Origin: Dicyema japonicum
Lineage: Eukaryota > Animalia > Dicyemida
Assembly (NCBI GenBank): GCA_011109175.1
Contig: RDEW01000005.1
Coordinates: 678,335 to 742,334 of the forward strand
Reading direction: 5' to 3'
DNA length: 64,000 bases
The notes beneath the pieces were generated by a model. The model was not told the DNA's origin. It searched no databases and worked only from the letters and a program-made list of their open reading frames with translations. How positions within the stretch are numbered: position 1 is the stretch's first letter; each line of letters opens with the position of its first letter. Shown here in pieces: positions 1-11,974 of this stretch. A program made the translations under genes and the position numbers.

Positions 1-71
1 GGCTAGGAACCACTGATCTAGAGTACTGTTATTTCAGAGTATTCTTAAAGTTATTTTGATTTTAATAAATA

Positions 72-410
72 ATACGAATATTTTTAAATCGGTTCAGACA
101 CCTGGAGCAGCTGCTTCGACCGTGGAAAACCTAAAAATCAAGAAATATTCTTGCCTAGGGGATCGCTACCGATTTACTCCTGTTGCGACCGAATCATCGG
201 GAGCAGTTGGTCCAATGACGGCTGAGTTCTTGCGAGAACTCGGAGGATTGCTTGCCAGAAAGAAAAGGGATCAACGAGAAGGGTTATGGCTAAGACAAAA
301 GATTGGAATAGCCATACTCCGAGGGAACTCGTTCGCAATCCACGCAGCAGACTTCCTCAACTGACATTTGTTTAATTGTTAAAAAAATATTTTAAATAAA
401 AAAATAAAAA
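72..410 (+). mobile_element. CRE-like non-LTR retrotransposon 3' fragment (C-terminus of restriction-like endonuclease domain) with A-rich tail
   Basis: ORF 56-364 reads K.KKY..L...Y.F.PVA.ES.G..G....FL.ELG..L.....D.REG.WLRQKIGIAILRGNS, typical of CRE-clade REL C-termini. About 95% identical by eye to 6263-6585. Confidence 0.75.
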
Positions 411-510
411 AATAATATATATTGAAAATTTAATTGTAGAATATTTTACAACAAAAACTCATTTCTACATCAACATACTATTCGGAGAAATTTTATCATA
501 ACTTTAGGTA

Positions 511-2170
511 CAGTCCGACCCCAAAATGGGGCAGATTCAGGGGTGGGGCACCCTCGATTTTGGGCACCTTTTTTCAAATCAACATTTTGGCAGAATAAAA
601 TAAAAATCAATAAAAAATTATGGAAATTTTGGGGCATCGAAAAATCATTTATTAACAATTTTTGAGATAATAAAATTATAATAAATTAATTATTTTTTTT
701 TTATTTTCAATTTTCATTTTGTTGTGGTTATGGATTACGAAACTAAATTGAAAATTGCTAAAGAAATTATGAGGAACAATTTATCTGAAAGGCAATTAAT
801 CACAAAGTACAAGACAAGTAAAGGAACTATTTCAAGAATCAAACGAAATATTGTACCTTTCTTACACCGCGGCAATACTAGTTTTGAATTTTATGAGGCA
901 TTTAAAGCCGATAAATAAAAATTTGATGATCAAGTTTTGAAGTATTTCAAAAACTTCGGGTGGATAAAATTCCGATTTCAGGCCCTATTTTGAAAAAAAT
1001 CGCCTTAGTTACCTTCAAAAATTGGATTTACTTATTTTAAAGCCTCCAATGGGTGGCTTGATAGATTTAAATTGCGACATGAGCTTCAATTCAAGTCAAT
1101 AGAAAAGGCCTCATGCGATTTATCTCACGTTAAAGATTTTGAAAAATTTGACGAGAAAGTATTAAAATATGGACCTCAAAATGTATTTAATTGCGATGAA
1201 ACCGCGCTTTTTACAAAAAGAACTCCCCAAAAATCATTTGTCGAAAAAGGCGAACAGTGTTTTGGCTATAAACAAGGAAAAGAAAGACTCACTGTTCTTC
1301 TATGCTGCAGTTTAATTGGAAAAAACTTGACCCATTGATTATTGGAAAGTATAAACAACCTCGGTGCCTAAAAAAATTTGATGTCCAAAATTTTGGGTTA
1401 TTGTATTCGTCTTCAAAAATGCATGGATGACTGGAAAGACTTTTATGAGTTGGCTTACACTAATAAATGAATTGTTTCGCAAAAACAACAGAAAAATATT
1501 ATTATTGCTTGACAATGCCATAAAACATTTGAAGGTTCAAATATCGAATTTTTATTTTTACCGAAAAATACAACGCCTTATTTACAACCATTGGATATGG
1601 GAATAATCAAGGCCTTTAAGAATTATTATTCAAGTTTCTTAATGGAATTTTTGTGTTTTCACGATGTCGAAAACGATTTTGCACATTTTATTGCAAAATA
1701 AACTTGCGTCATGATGATAATTTCGAAAGGTTGGGAGAAAATAGATGCGGCATGTATTGTTAATTGTTGGAGAGAATCGACAGGAACCGTGATTCTTATG
1801 CGACAGACTGTCTAACAGATCTACTTCTAAATCATGTTATAGACGAAACAATTGATGTAGAGTGCGAAGAGTCCGAAAATAATATCTATGGTGGTTATTC
1901 AGAAACGGAGAATATCGAAAATGTCGTAGAGGAAACAAAGGATCTGCTAAACAATTTGGAGGAAAAAATTTCACATGTGGCACCAAAATGCTGCGAGACT
2001 TGTATGATTTCCGGCTAAAATTAACAAATAATATACGACAAAACTCTAAAACTAAAATAACTGATTATTTTGGCAAAAATATTATTTGATGTTAATTATT
2101 GATTCAATTTCAGAAATAATAATGAACCCCTGTTTTTGGGGCATTTGGTGCCCATTTAGGGGTCGGACTG
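511..2170 (+). mobile_element. Complete but decayed pogo/Tigger (TIGD/CENP-B-like) DNA transposon
   Basis: TIRs CAGTCCGACCCC(A/T)AAATGGG at 511 and ending 2170, each flanked by TA. Fragmented HTH_psq, HTH_Tc5 (FKASNGWLDRFK) and DDE_1 motifs (FNCDETAL, AWMT, LLLDNA, LQPLDMGII). Confidence 0.9.
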
Positions 2171-2807
2171 TATTTGACTATAATAGACTTTTGTCAAACA
2201 AAATGAGATTTCCATCGACCAATATGAGATATCATATTAGATATTTGTCGACCAATATCCTTTACAACTGATATGAGATCTTACATGTCTTCTGGCATCT
2301 AACACGAGATATTATCAATAAATGACCCCAAATGAAGTAAAAATAGAAAGCACTCATAAATGCTTATAAACACAGTCGCTAACAAATAATTTATTTTAAA
2401 TCAAGAATCTCCAATTAAAAAGATACGTAGATGTCAGGTGACCCCGACCTCTTTAGCATCTGTTTCGTCCTGTTCGTCACGATAACCGACGCATTTCCTT
2501 CACGTACAAGACACTTTACTAGATTTCGGAAATCAATGAGTTAAGTGGCTTGAACAAATTGTAGATAAAGACAGCATCCTGTTATTTGATTCCAAACTTT
2601 GATACTTTTCTATAATCATTGATTATGAAGCAAATGATTACAGACTAAGTTTATAACTTTTAATTATAATCCTGAAAGTCACAATAGTTAAAACTAGTGC
2701 GTTGTTATCAGGTGAATACAACATCTTCCCAATTTACATCTATATTTACATAGAAGCAACACTTTAGTCATATTTAAAGTTCAAAGCAAAAATATAAGAA
2801 AAAACAT

Positions 2808-4293
2808 TCAAATTTGAGAAGAAAAATGAGGGAGTCCATTTGCACGTGCTGTTAGTACTTCACAGCCGTTTTCCGTGACAAGAAGGGTTTCTTCGAATTG
2901 TGCGGACAATTTCCCATCAACAGTGACAGAAGTCCAATTATCAGGCCATGACTGATCATGCCAACTACCTAACCATCACTCCAACCCCAACCTTGGTTAA
3001 TCATAGGCTCTATAGTGAACACGTGTCCCGCCTTCATAATCCCAATGGCTCTATTATCTACCAATAAAACCTCGACAAACTCGCATAGTGAGGGACATTA
3101 GGCATCGTATGAAATAATCTAAATTAAACCAACAATCTAACAAAACATAAATTAAAAAATAATATATTAATATAACAAATTAAAAAAATAAAATTATTTT
3201 TTAAAGTGACGAACCTGTGTACTCCATGACCAATATAAGTTCTAACAACGGACAAACCGGACGCACGTGCGTGTCGTTCAATAATATTGCCAATGTCCCT
3301 GTAGCGCTTTCCAGGACGAACTAAAATAAGTAGGACCAAACCAAAGTCGATAGCTTTCCAGAGACACTCGTGAGTGGTGGTAACTAGCTTCTTTGCCTCT
3401 GGACTTACATTGCCCACAAAGACAGTTTCGTTCAGATCCGCGTGGAATCCTCTGTGGAAGACAGTCACATCGACTGCTTATTACACCACAAAACACCATT
3501 CAAAATGTCTCCATCCTCCAGAGGTCGGAGATCAGGAATTCCGTGGCAGATGCACTCGTTTACCGACCTGAAAATTATCAACATTCACACGTGCAAGCAG
3601 ATTTAGGGAATCCACGGTAATTTAAAGGAGACGGATAGCAGTCACGTGCAATACAGGCCTAATGTATAAACAAGGACAAACCTCGTGTACAATTCGATCA
3701 ATTTCGTCAGTTGTTACCCCGATGGCAACCGCATCAAGTGCTTCGTCAAGGACTTGTCTACCAAGCTTAACTAATATATGAGTTGTACTTTGCCGGCTAT
3801 TCTCATCTCCTGGATATCTTCGTCATTGAGGATCACAATATCACGTGGGGCTTCAGATTCACAACGAGAAGCACCTTCATATTATTTGGAATTTTAAATA
3901 TAATTTTTTTATTAAATTAATCAATAAAGATAAATATGAAAAAAATATAAAAAATTCAAACCATATGGGTGATCGGCGTAGTCAGGCCTCATTATATGGT
4001 TAGGGACATCTTTTAAGGGAGTCTAATATAACTGTATAAGTACTCTTGGGAACGGTCTGAGGCGTCCTGAAAAGTCGTAGTTGGGCCATGGATTAAAGAC
4101 TTCTTGCTTTTGTTTGGAGGAATGGATTGATTTGTGTGTAGCCCAGTTGGACTTGAAACATTCCTGGATAAAAACACGACTAACTTGACCTACAGAAGAA
4201 TGAGTTTTTTATTCCTAGTTTACTGCATGTTGGACAGCGGAAATTTGCACGTGCATTGCAACCAATGCATGATTCACTCCCATTCTCATTCAT
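2808..4293 (-). CDS. METAP1: Methionine aminopeptidase 1 (about 12 exons)
   Basis: The spliced model gives the N-terminal zinc finger C..C....RCPTCSKLG...FFCSQECFK..W..HK and the motifs [67 protein letters not shown] and [11 protein letters not shown]. Introns are 21-23 nt plus 87 and 96 nt. One extra G near 4190 is needed. Confidence 0.97.
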
Positions 4294-4368
4294 CAAACTT
4301 TAAGCCGCAGGAACAACGTGAAAATATAATTTTAAATATTTTATTTATTAAATTGCTAAAATTAAATT

Positions 4369-4626
4369 TTAATTAGTTAATTTATAATTATTTAAAAATT
4401 CATCAATTTCATTTTCATCTCTGAAATAGCAAAACCAAGCCAGAATAGAGAAAATGCACATTCTTACTACAAATTTCTCGTAGAATGGCATATCAAAGTT
4501 CATCTTTTTGTTTAAAGTCTTCATTTCTGATTCAGCAAAGTCCTTCGGGTTAAATCTGGCAACTGTATGCTTGTTCTGACATTGTCTCACAATTTTATAT
4601 GATATAACCGGTAGATTTCTGAACAT
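4369..4626 (-). CDS. UQCC4: Small mitochondrial membrane protein, CCSMST1/C16orf91 (UQCC4)-like
   Basis: 85 aa ORF with a basic N-terminus and P(F/W)Y...TM...WFCYFRDENEIDEFL, resembling WCYLREESEADQWL of human C16orf91 (recalled alignment). Confidence 0.65.
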   Translation of the reverse strand: MFRNLPVISYKIVRQCQNKHTVARFNPKDFAESEMKTLNKKMNFDMPFYEKFVVRMCIFSILAWFCYFRDENEIDEFLNNYKLTN

Positions 4627-4699
4627 TCACAACAAACTTATTTGAGTTATTTTGAATTTATATTTAATAAAATTTAATTAAATAATTTAAATATTAATT

Positions 4700-5640
4700 T
4701 CATCTCAGGATTCTATTGAGATCGTCGAAAAAGACGTCCACCTCGTTACTGGCGGAGAATACTAAACGTCCTTCCAATCATGGAAATACCTTACGGAACG
4801 TCACCAGGACTTCTCAAGATGGCAAAGTCTCCCTGACCATTTCCTCGGACCGCACATCAGACTATATGGGACGCCAGCCCGAGATTTTGAGAAGAAACCT
4901 TCCCCCGCTGTGGAGATTAATCCAGGACTCCAAAACTAACCGCAGGGAAAAGGACTGGTATGGACTCGGGATCATTTTATTAGACGATAACTTTTATCCT
5001 CTTTCTCGTGATTTCGGGGTTAATAAAATAAAATTACTAAAATGGTTATTTGATTACTTTTATTCCAAGAAGTATCACAGTCCATGGCTAACAAACTTCC
5101 TTTCCGGAAGACTGGGTCATTTATGTTATCATTCCCACATATCTCGATTGTCTCCCAGTTTTAACAAACATGTTGAAAGTATTGAATCCAAAGAAAAACG
5201 AAAACTAAACATCCTCCTCGTAATAGCCGGTCACTCAAACGGCTAGACTTATTTTACTGTACAAGCAATTCATTAGGACGACGTTAACCTATGCCTTTCC
5301 AAACTGCTACCTTGCATAGCGTTCTCTCTCCTATAAAAGTTGCAGGAGGTCCGAAACTCAGAATTGAGCGCTGTACATTGGGTGTTTTGAAATCATCTCC
5401 CGTCGGGCGCTTACAGTTGCATACCGTCTCTGGGTAACCACCTTGAATAGAAGAACTTGCAATTTCTCTCCGACAATCACTTGAGTTACAATCCAACCTT
5501 CCCATTGCTTATACCTGCAAACCTTAGACACATACAGAGAACAGTGACTGATTTCGAAAGAACACTAAAAAATCCCTCCTCTGACAAAAGACCAAACCTG
5601 GACTTAATATATACATGAACTGCTTATTCCAAGGGCTATC
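4700..5640 (+). mobile_element. Two decayed Ingi/Vingi-like LINE 3' fragments
   Basis: C-terminal KKPSP..LI motif and 3' GGGATCA motif at about 4966; WLTNFLSGR; YKQFIRTTLTYA. Confidence 0.55.
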
Positions 5641-6039
5641 AAAGTTGAACTTTCTCTTTTTCGATGTTGCCATCATCCGTCACTGGTTGGGGGAGAGGTT
5701 GGGATATTCTTTGCTTACCTGGACTTTCAGGACTTGACGTCAAAGTATGAATCTCTGGGAGCTCCTGTTTGAGCAGCGCGTTTTTTGGCAGTTGCCAGTT
5801 TCCATATGTTAGCGAAACTGGGGTAAATAATTTAATCCTATAATCTAATATGAATATGGAATTTAGTTTTTTCGTGAGGATGCACGTCTGAGGCGTCCTG
5901 AATAGTGAGGATGTAAAAAATGACAAACTAATCATTTATCAATTTTTTAAAATTTTATGTTAAAAATTAAATAGCATGTCACAGTCTGATAAATCGTCAC
6001 TGTTCACAGATTGAATTAAAAAATATTTAGAATATGCAC

Positions 6040-6610
6040 CCGCTGTCCTGCAGAAGAAGCGCCGGAAGGGGACCACTTCATGCCGCTCTGAATGATGTGA
6101 TCGTCAGAGCTCTCTGAAGGCTTTCAGGCTTCCCAGCACAGCTTGAACCAGTGGGTCTTGATCGAGGAGATGGGAAGAGACCTGACGGGATGACCCTTTT
6201 CCCCTTCACGTCTGGAAGATCTTTGGTCTGGGACGCAACTTGCATAGACACGTTCTCAAGCACGAAACATTTTTAAATCTGTTCAGACACCTTGAGCAGC
6301 TGCTTCGACCGCGGAAAACCTAAAAATCAAGAAATATTCTTGCCTCGAGGATCGCTACCGATTTACTCCTGTTGCGACCGAATCATCGGGAGCCGTTGGT
6401 CCAATGACGCTGAATTCTTGCAAGAACTCGGAGGATTGCTTGCCAGAAAGAAAAGGGATCAACGAGAAGGGTTATGGCTAAGACAAAAGATTGGAATAGC
6501 CATACTCCGAGGGAACTCGTTCGCAATCACGCAGCAGGCTTCCTCAACTGACATTTGTTTAATTGTTAAAAAAATTTTCGAAATAGAATTAAAATATTTT
6601 TTTTGAAAAA
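6040..6610 (+). mobile_element. CRE-like non-LTR retrotransposon 3' fragment (Zn knuckle end plus REL endonuclease)
   Basis: LSCRRSAGR..H.ALNDVI and [32 protein letters not shown] motifs; near-identical to 72-410. Confidence 0.85.
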
Positions 6611-6696
6611 AAAGAATATTTAAAAACCATTGGAATTTACAAATTGTATTAATTGAGAAATAAAATATCTATAAAATTAATTAAATTAAGCGTGCT

Positions 6697-6903
6697 GTGG
6701 AGACAACTGGAACTGTAGGCGAGAAGACGGAGGTTTTTCTCCACAGCATTGGAAGCAAACTCGCCTCAAAAATGTGCGAGCCACGGGAGGGACTCTGGTC
6801 AAGGCAGAGGCTCGAAATGGCGATTATCAGAGGTAACGTCTTCGCCATTCTGTCGTCCTAATTATTCCCTAATTTTTATTATTTAAAAACAATTTGATTT
6901 CTT
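6697..6903 (+). mobile_element. Short 5'-truncated CRE-like fragment with probable target-site duplication
   Basis: AVETTGTVG.K...FL..IG.KL.....EPREG.W.RQRL.MAIIRGN. Flanked by TAAATTA(A)GCGTGCTG at about 6682 and 6904. Confidence 0.65.
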
Positions 6904-7394
6904 TAAATTAGCGTGCTGAAATGCGTCTGCTGTAAATTTCAAGAGAAACCTTGAAAAAAATAAAAAAAATAAAGGAAATGAAGGAGGAGTTAAACATTTT
7001 AAGACGGGAAAGAGATCGTTTAAGGTCTCCTGCTGAACGCCTGTGCGTGAATAAACGATATCGTTTCCGTAAACTAAGGCTGAGTCCGTCCCATACCATA
7101 AGTATACTAGTCGGCCAATATCTGGAGCTCTCCGTTGCGAGCTTGCTCTGAGGCAGAAATTCCAAGGGTCATAGTTTCAAAGCTCAGCAGACATATCCAA
7201 GAGGCCTAGTCGCTGGTGTTGATTGCTTTATAAATTAATGATGTGAGGCATTCAACAGCGGGAATTCGAGCGGCCTTTGGTATTCTCAGTGGAATCCGTC
7301 TACCTTTTCGACTCTACGATAGGCGTAGCAAAAAGGTTCGATTTGTCCAGAATAAAAGGGATGACTGAATTTAACCAGATGACGGCATCGAGCG

Positions 7395-7545
7395 GGGTCG
7401 GCATACACACAGTATGCGCAGTCCCATTTTATAGAGATCTCGCAGCCAATTTCGACATTCGGACACACCCGATGTGGAAAAATCTCTCGCAAAATGTGCA
7501 ATTCAACCCGTACTTTTTCGCGTTGCAATATCCACAAGACACCCA
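7395..7545 (-). other. Disrupted PHD-finger coding remnant, probably a LINE N-terminus
   Basis: CGYC...YGLNCTFCERFFHIGC...(frameshift)KWDCAYC gives a C4HC3 pattern; embedded in the TE nest. Confidence 0.5.
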
Positions 7546-7799
7546 CTGCTCTTTCGATCTCGCAGGTAAAATAGTATTCCTTCGAATGTAACGTGATCCA
7601 TTGATGGACAGTGAACAGACTCAGACTTGGCCTGATTAGTTTTCTGCATGTTCTTTTCTGATTTTCCTTTCTTTTTCTCTTCTTTCTTCTTTCTTCTCAG
7701 CACCACAACGACTAGCGGCGGTAAATATTACTAATTTTTGTTATTGTGAAAGGTATCTCAAAAAATTTGAAGACTTAATATACACAAGACCAATTCCCG

Positions 7800-8800
7800 C
7801 ATCCACATAAACAAAAGGACTAAAGTACCGAATAACAATAAAACACCATCTGAAATTTCTAAACTCAATACCTGTAAATCCCTAGAACTTGACGGAATGC
7901 AAACTGTTCAACGTGGGGATTATCAAATAATAAACTTAGTAGACGCGTTCCACAGAAGGACAAATAGGTGTGGTCATTGGTGACCGACGGCCAAAAAAGA
8001 CTCTAGCCGAACAATTTATTCACATTACAAGATCAGGAACTGTCCCAAACAATCATCGACGATCTATGGGAACTTTTCTGATAATAATTGTGTGATGGAA
8101 ACGTATTTGATGGAGGAATCCCCGAAATTTTGAGGAGAGCCATGAATAACCCTTCCGGTTGTCTACAACGCCGACCTAACAAAGATCAATGGTAATCTCC
8201 TCACAGAAGATCTGACAGCCTACGAAAAAGGGCACGGAACAGGGAATCCTGTAAGTTATTTTTCAAGAGTTATTGTCGAATTAAATGATCCCGGTATTTA
8301 TGCCTAATTTCCTCCTACAGTCTTTGTTAATCCCCGTAAATGAAAAAAATCCTTCTCGCATATTGGGAAAACTTAAATTCTAAAGGGATGATCTGAAGAC
8401 TTGACAATTTTGAGGAACTGTCAATTACGTCAACTGATTCATAATTGGGACGACGTTTAAGGTTTTCCGAATAAGAGTCCTTTTCGAGAGTGGCAATAAG
8501 ATTCTAAGGCATCGGTTCTGCATCACATGCTCTGCGTCAATAACAGGCTGCAGCAGGTATAATGGACGGTAGTTCCAACTAAAGGATGGAAAATATGAAA
8601 AAGTGCAAAAACAAAAGATGCATCAGGTTCAATGTCTTTTGCACAGCTCATATCGCATCCAGGATCTTCGACGTCTTTCTGCAATAACGAGGTGGTCAGC
8701 ATTAGACAAAAGGATTGAGTTCGGGGTAACTGAATGGGAAGATCACTAAGAAACGTGTTGAACAATGTTGTATATAATAGGCATTCTTATGGGACCACGT
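7800..8800. mobile_element. Decayed LINE RT fragments (plus strand 7800-8500; minus strand 8520-8800)
   Basis: KLNTCKSLELDGM resembles KSPGPDG; FNTFLSDLP on the minus strand. Confidence 0.45.
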
Positions 8801-8875
8801 TAAAGATGATTTTCATTGATGAATATTTCAGTGTGGTTGCAGTCTTTGCAGATATTTAATTTATGTTGTTATCGT

Positions 8876-8935
8876 GGTGTCATGTGGCTCACCAGAAATG
8901 GTGTCACCCATTCCGAAAAGGAACGAAAAGAGCCA
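8876..8935 (+). ncRNA. Candidate HDV-like self-cleaving ribozyme at the LINE 5' end
   Basis: P1 GGTGTCA/TGTCACC (6 of 7 pairs), P2 TGGCTC/GAGCCA, P3 CCA/TGG, P4 TTCC/GGAA and J4/2 CGAAAA occur in HDV topological order. L3 (GAAA) is shorter than canonical. Confidence 0.55.
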
Positions 8936-9006
8936 ACAGCTTCTCCCCACCGGCAGGTAATCCACTCGACTCGTGTGTCTTTGACCCTATCTGGTGTCGT
9001 CATTTG

Positions 9007-9057
9007 TCCAGACTTCTGATTCTTTTATGTGGAGACGTCGAAACCAATCCTGGGCCA
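9007..9057 (+). other. 2A (StopGo) ribosome-skipping peptide motif
   Basis: SRLLILLCGDVETNPGP matches D(V/I)ExNPGP and sits immediately upstream of, and in frame with, the APE start. Confidence 0.85.
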
Positions 9058-11974
9058 TAGAGAGATTTTACAATTATACAACTGAATACGAATGGATCTG
9101 GAGGAAAATCTTTGAACTCCGGGCACTCCTCCGCGAAAATAGGGCTGATCTCGCTTTAATACAGGATTCCAAGCTATATACACAGTGATCCGTAAAGATC
9201 GTCAGGAAAGATCGTCAGGGAAGACGTGGAGGAGGACTACTTACTATTATAAAGTACGATATTCCCTGTATAAATACAACTCAACGAACCTCAGAGCTTT
9301 TTAGCACCGACAAGACTTTGGAGCAGATTACTGTCAAAATCGAGTTATTCCCGTCCTTTTGGATCCATTTGGCTAATTTATATATTCCCTTACAAGGATC
9401 GTGTCCGACATCTTACACCCCTGATTTATCACGCATTTCAACATTGAAAAATCTACTGTTATGTGGAGATCTTAACGCACGACATCCAGTTGGCTCACTT
9501 CGCATTCCTCTGATAACCGAGGAGAACTCATTGCAAATTATCTTCCTGACCTGATTATACCGAACAACCCTAACTCACATACGAGGACTCCATTAAGGAT
9601 ATCTGATAGCTGCACATCCCCCGACTTAACACTATGCTCACCTTCCTGGTTGGAATCATTTCCTGGAACGTCTTTTACAGCTTTTCCAGTGACCACAATC
9701 CAATCCTTCTAAAATTGAGAGGTCTTCGACGATACAGGAGACGGCCGGCGGAATCAAAAGATTCAAGGATTATGCGAAGGTAGACTGGTCCGGTTTCAGT
9801 AACCTTGTGGATAAATTCCTGGCCCGAAGAATATCCTTCCATTCAGAAAGCTGACCATATTTTTATTCCTGTATCGTCATACAAGAAGTTTATTCTTACC
9901 CTCAGCTCTTATACAATAAGTCTTATGAAACAAAGAGACCGGTTGAAGAGATGCCATTTGATGGACCTGGAATCCTTGACAGCCATCAGACAACTAAATA
10001 AAAGGATCTGTAAAAAAAGAACACGAGGACAAGAGATGGCAAGAGATGGCAGTATCTAGTTAACCACCTCGACAGAAAAAATTCATCCCGACATTTGGAA
10101 AACTCTTAGACAAGTCAAGTCGGCGCTGGATGATACAGACGGAACAGGAAAGCCTTCTTCTCTGAACACTTATGCCACATCCTAACACCCTTATGAAACA
10201 TTACGTTGGATTAGCTTCAAAACCTTCTCGAAACACCTGGACATTAAGGTGCGTGCCCATGAACCGAAGAAGGAACTTACCACGAACTATTCAGATGACA
10301 AAGTCTTGGATATTATCACCAGATTAAAGAGCTCACGGGCGTGCTGGCCTGACAATGCATCTTTTATTCACCTAAGCCACTACACAATTGGCTACCTCAC
10401 GCAAATATACAACCTGTCCATTAAATATAATATTATTCTCAAGATTTGTAAGAATTCTACTATTAGACCGATATTGAAGGCTGGGAAACCAGAGACAGAA
10501 CCTGCCTACAGGCCTATCTCTGTTACCAGCACACTGTCAAAAATTATGGAGAAACTTGTATTATCAGTCATTATTCCGTATCTTCCACGTCCTATATTTC
10601 AACATGGTTTCCTCCGCGGTAAGTCCACCGCTACATACTTGGCTACCCTATCGCAGTTCATTGCCGACGGTTTTAACACCCATCCCCGCCTCACAAACGC
10701 ACAATCTTGGTTTCTATTGACATCAACAAAGCCTTTGACACTGTTTCGAGGAAAATCCTGGTTGGAAAAATATTTTCTACTAATATTCGTCCGAATGTGA
10801 AATTATGGCTGGCCAACTTTTTGTCTGGAAGACGTGGAAGAGTAGTCAGTGGTGATCTCAGATCTAGATCACGATTACTACCGAACGGGGTACCCCAGGG
10901 GTCTCCACTTTCACCAATTCTATTCAACTTATTCCTACACGACCTACCTAATGATGGAGACGAAGATTCCCTGCTATTATCCTACGCAGACGATGTAGTC
11001 ATTGCAATACGGAACCGATCGACGCAAGTCGCATCCTTTAAGATTGAGGCAAAATTGAAACTCTACACGATTGGATTGTTGGCAATCGACCTACGATTTC
11101 TGCAACCAAGTCTGTTTGTTCCATTTTGACTTCGGACCGTATTTCTAAGGATGAACCGAGTATCTTTATTGGTCCCACTCGGATTCCAATGACAAGGTCC
11201 CCCACTGTCCTTGGAGTCAAGTACGACAGTCTACTCAATTTTAACTCCCACGCAAAAAACATGATTACCAGGGGCCTCCAGAAAATTAACGTTTAACGCG
11301 CCCTTGTCCGGAGGAGCCCGAGGAATATGGACTTTTCTGTTTCTACCCTTTACCAACAAACAATCGCACCAGCCGTTGAGTATGCCTCCGTTGCATGGAG
11401 ATTAGCGCTATCGGAGACTATGGTCCACAGAGTCAACTCAATACACCAGAAAACCATCAGTATGCTTTGCTCACGTAATGGATCAACAGTCTACCCACTA
11501 CTCATGGAAGCTAAGACCCGTAGTCGTGGTCCGGATTTCTTCGCCTGTGAGGAAGATTCCGCTTCGCCTGATCCTTCCATGGCAAGAGAAAACCGATTGG
11601 ATAAGAAATTCCCCTCCCCGATCGGATTCCTCTGCAAGACCGAGAGAAGACTCTTCCGGAAAGTAGTGGGGACATGGAAGATCACAGACGTCGAATGGCA
11701 CAATGATTGCGGGGACTGGGATCACCTAACTGTTTGACTCTTTTGTCTTTCTTTCTCGGTGTTCCCGGGGTTATTAAAAATAAATAAAAATAAATAAATA
11801 AATTATCGGACTTGAATGAAGTGCCGTCCATGGGAAAACCCCTCCAGATGGTTGTTGAAACAGTATTTTTAAAAGAAAATAAAGTACATTTAATGTTGGC
11901 TAACAAAGAAAAATTATATATTAATCGTGCTAAACTTAGATGACTTTTCAATTTCTCATAAAGTGAATGTATTA

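Larger units (their letters stand above)
8875..11802 (+). mobile_element. Full-length (about 2.9 kb) Ingi/Vingi-like non-LTR retrotransposon, APE plus RT, frameshifted
   Basis: APE motifs (IIQLNTNG, DLALIQDSKL, LLCGDLNARH, SDH). RT motifs (YRPISVTS, QHGF, DINKAFD, GVPQGSPLSPILFN, SYADD). No RNase H seen. (TAAA)n tail; candidate 6 bp TSD TTATCG at 8869-8874 and 11803-11808. Confidence 0.85.

Noticed and set aside
4165-4192. Non-canonical 22 nt GT-AT intron in METAP1 that would also give CSQEC
   Set aside because: Removing one G yields CSQ|EC with a canonical 21 nt GT-AG intron, and similar homopolymer indels occur elsewhere in the window.
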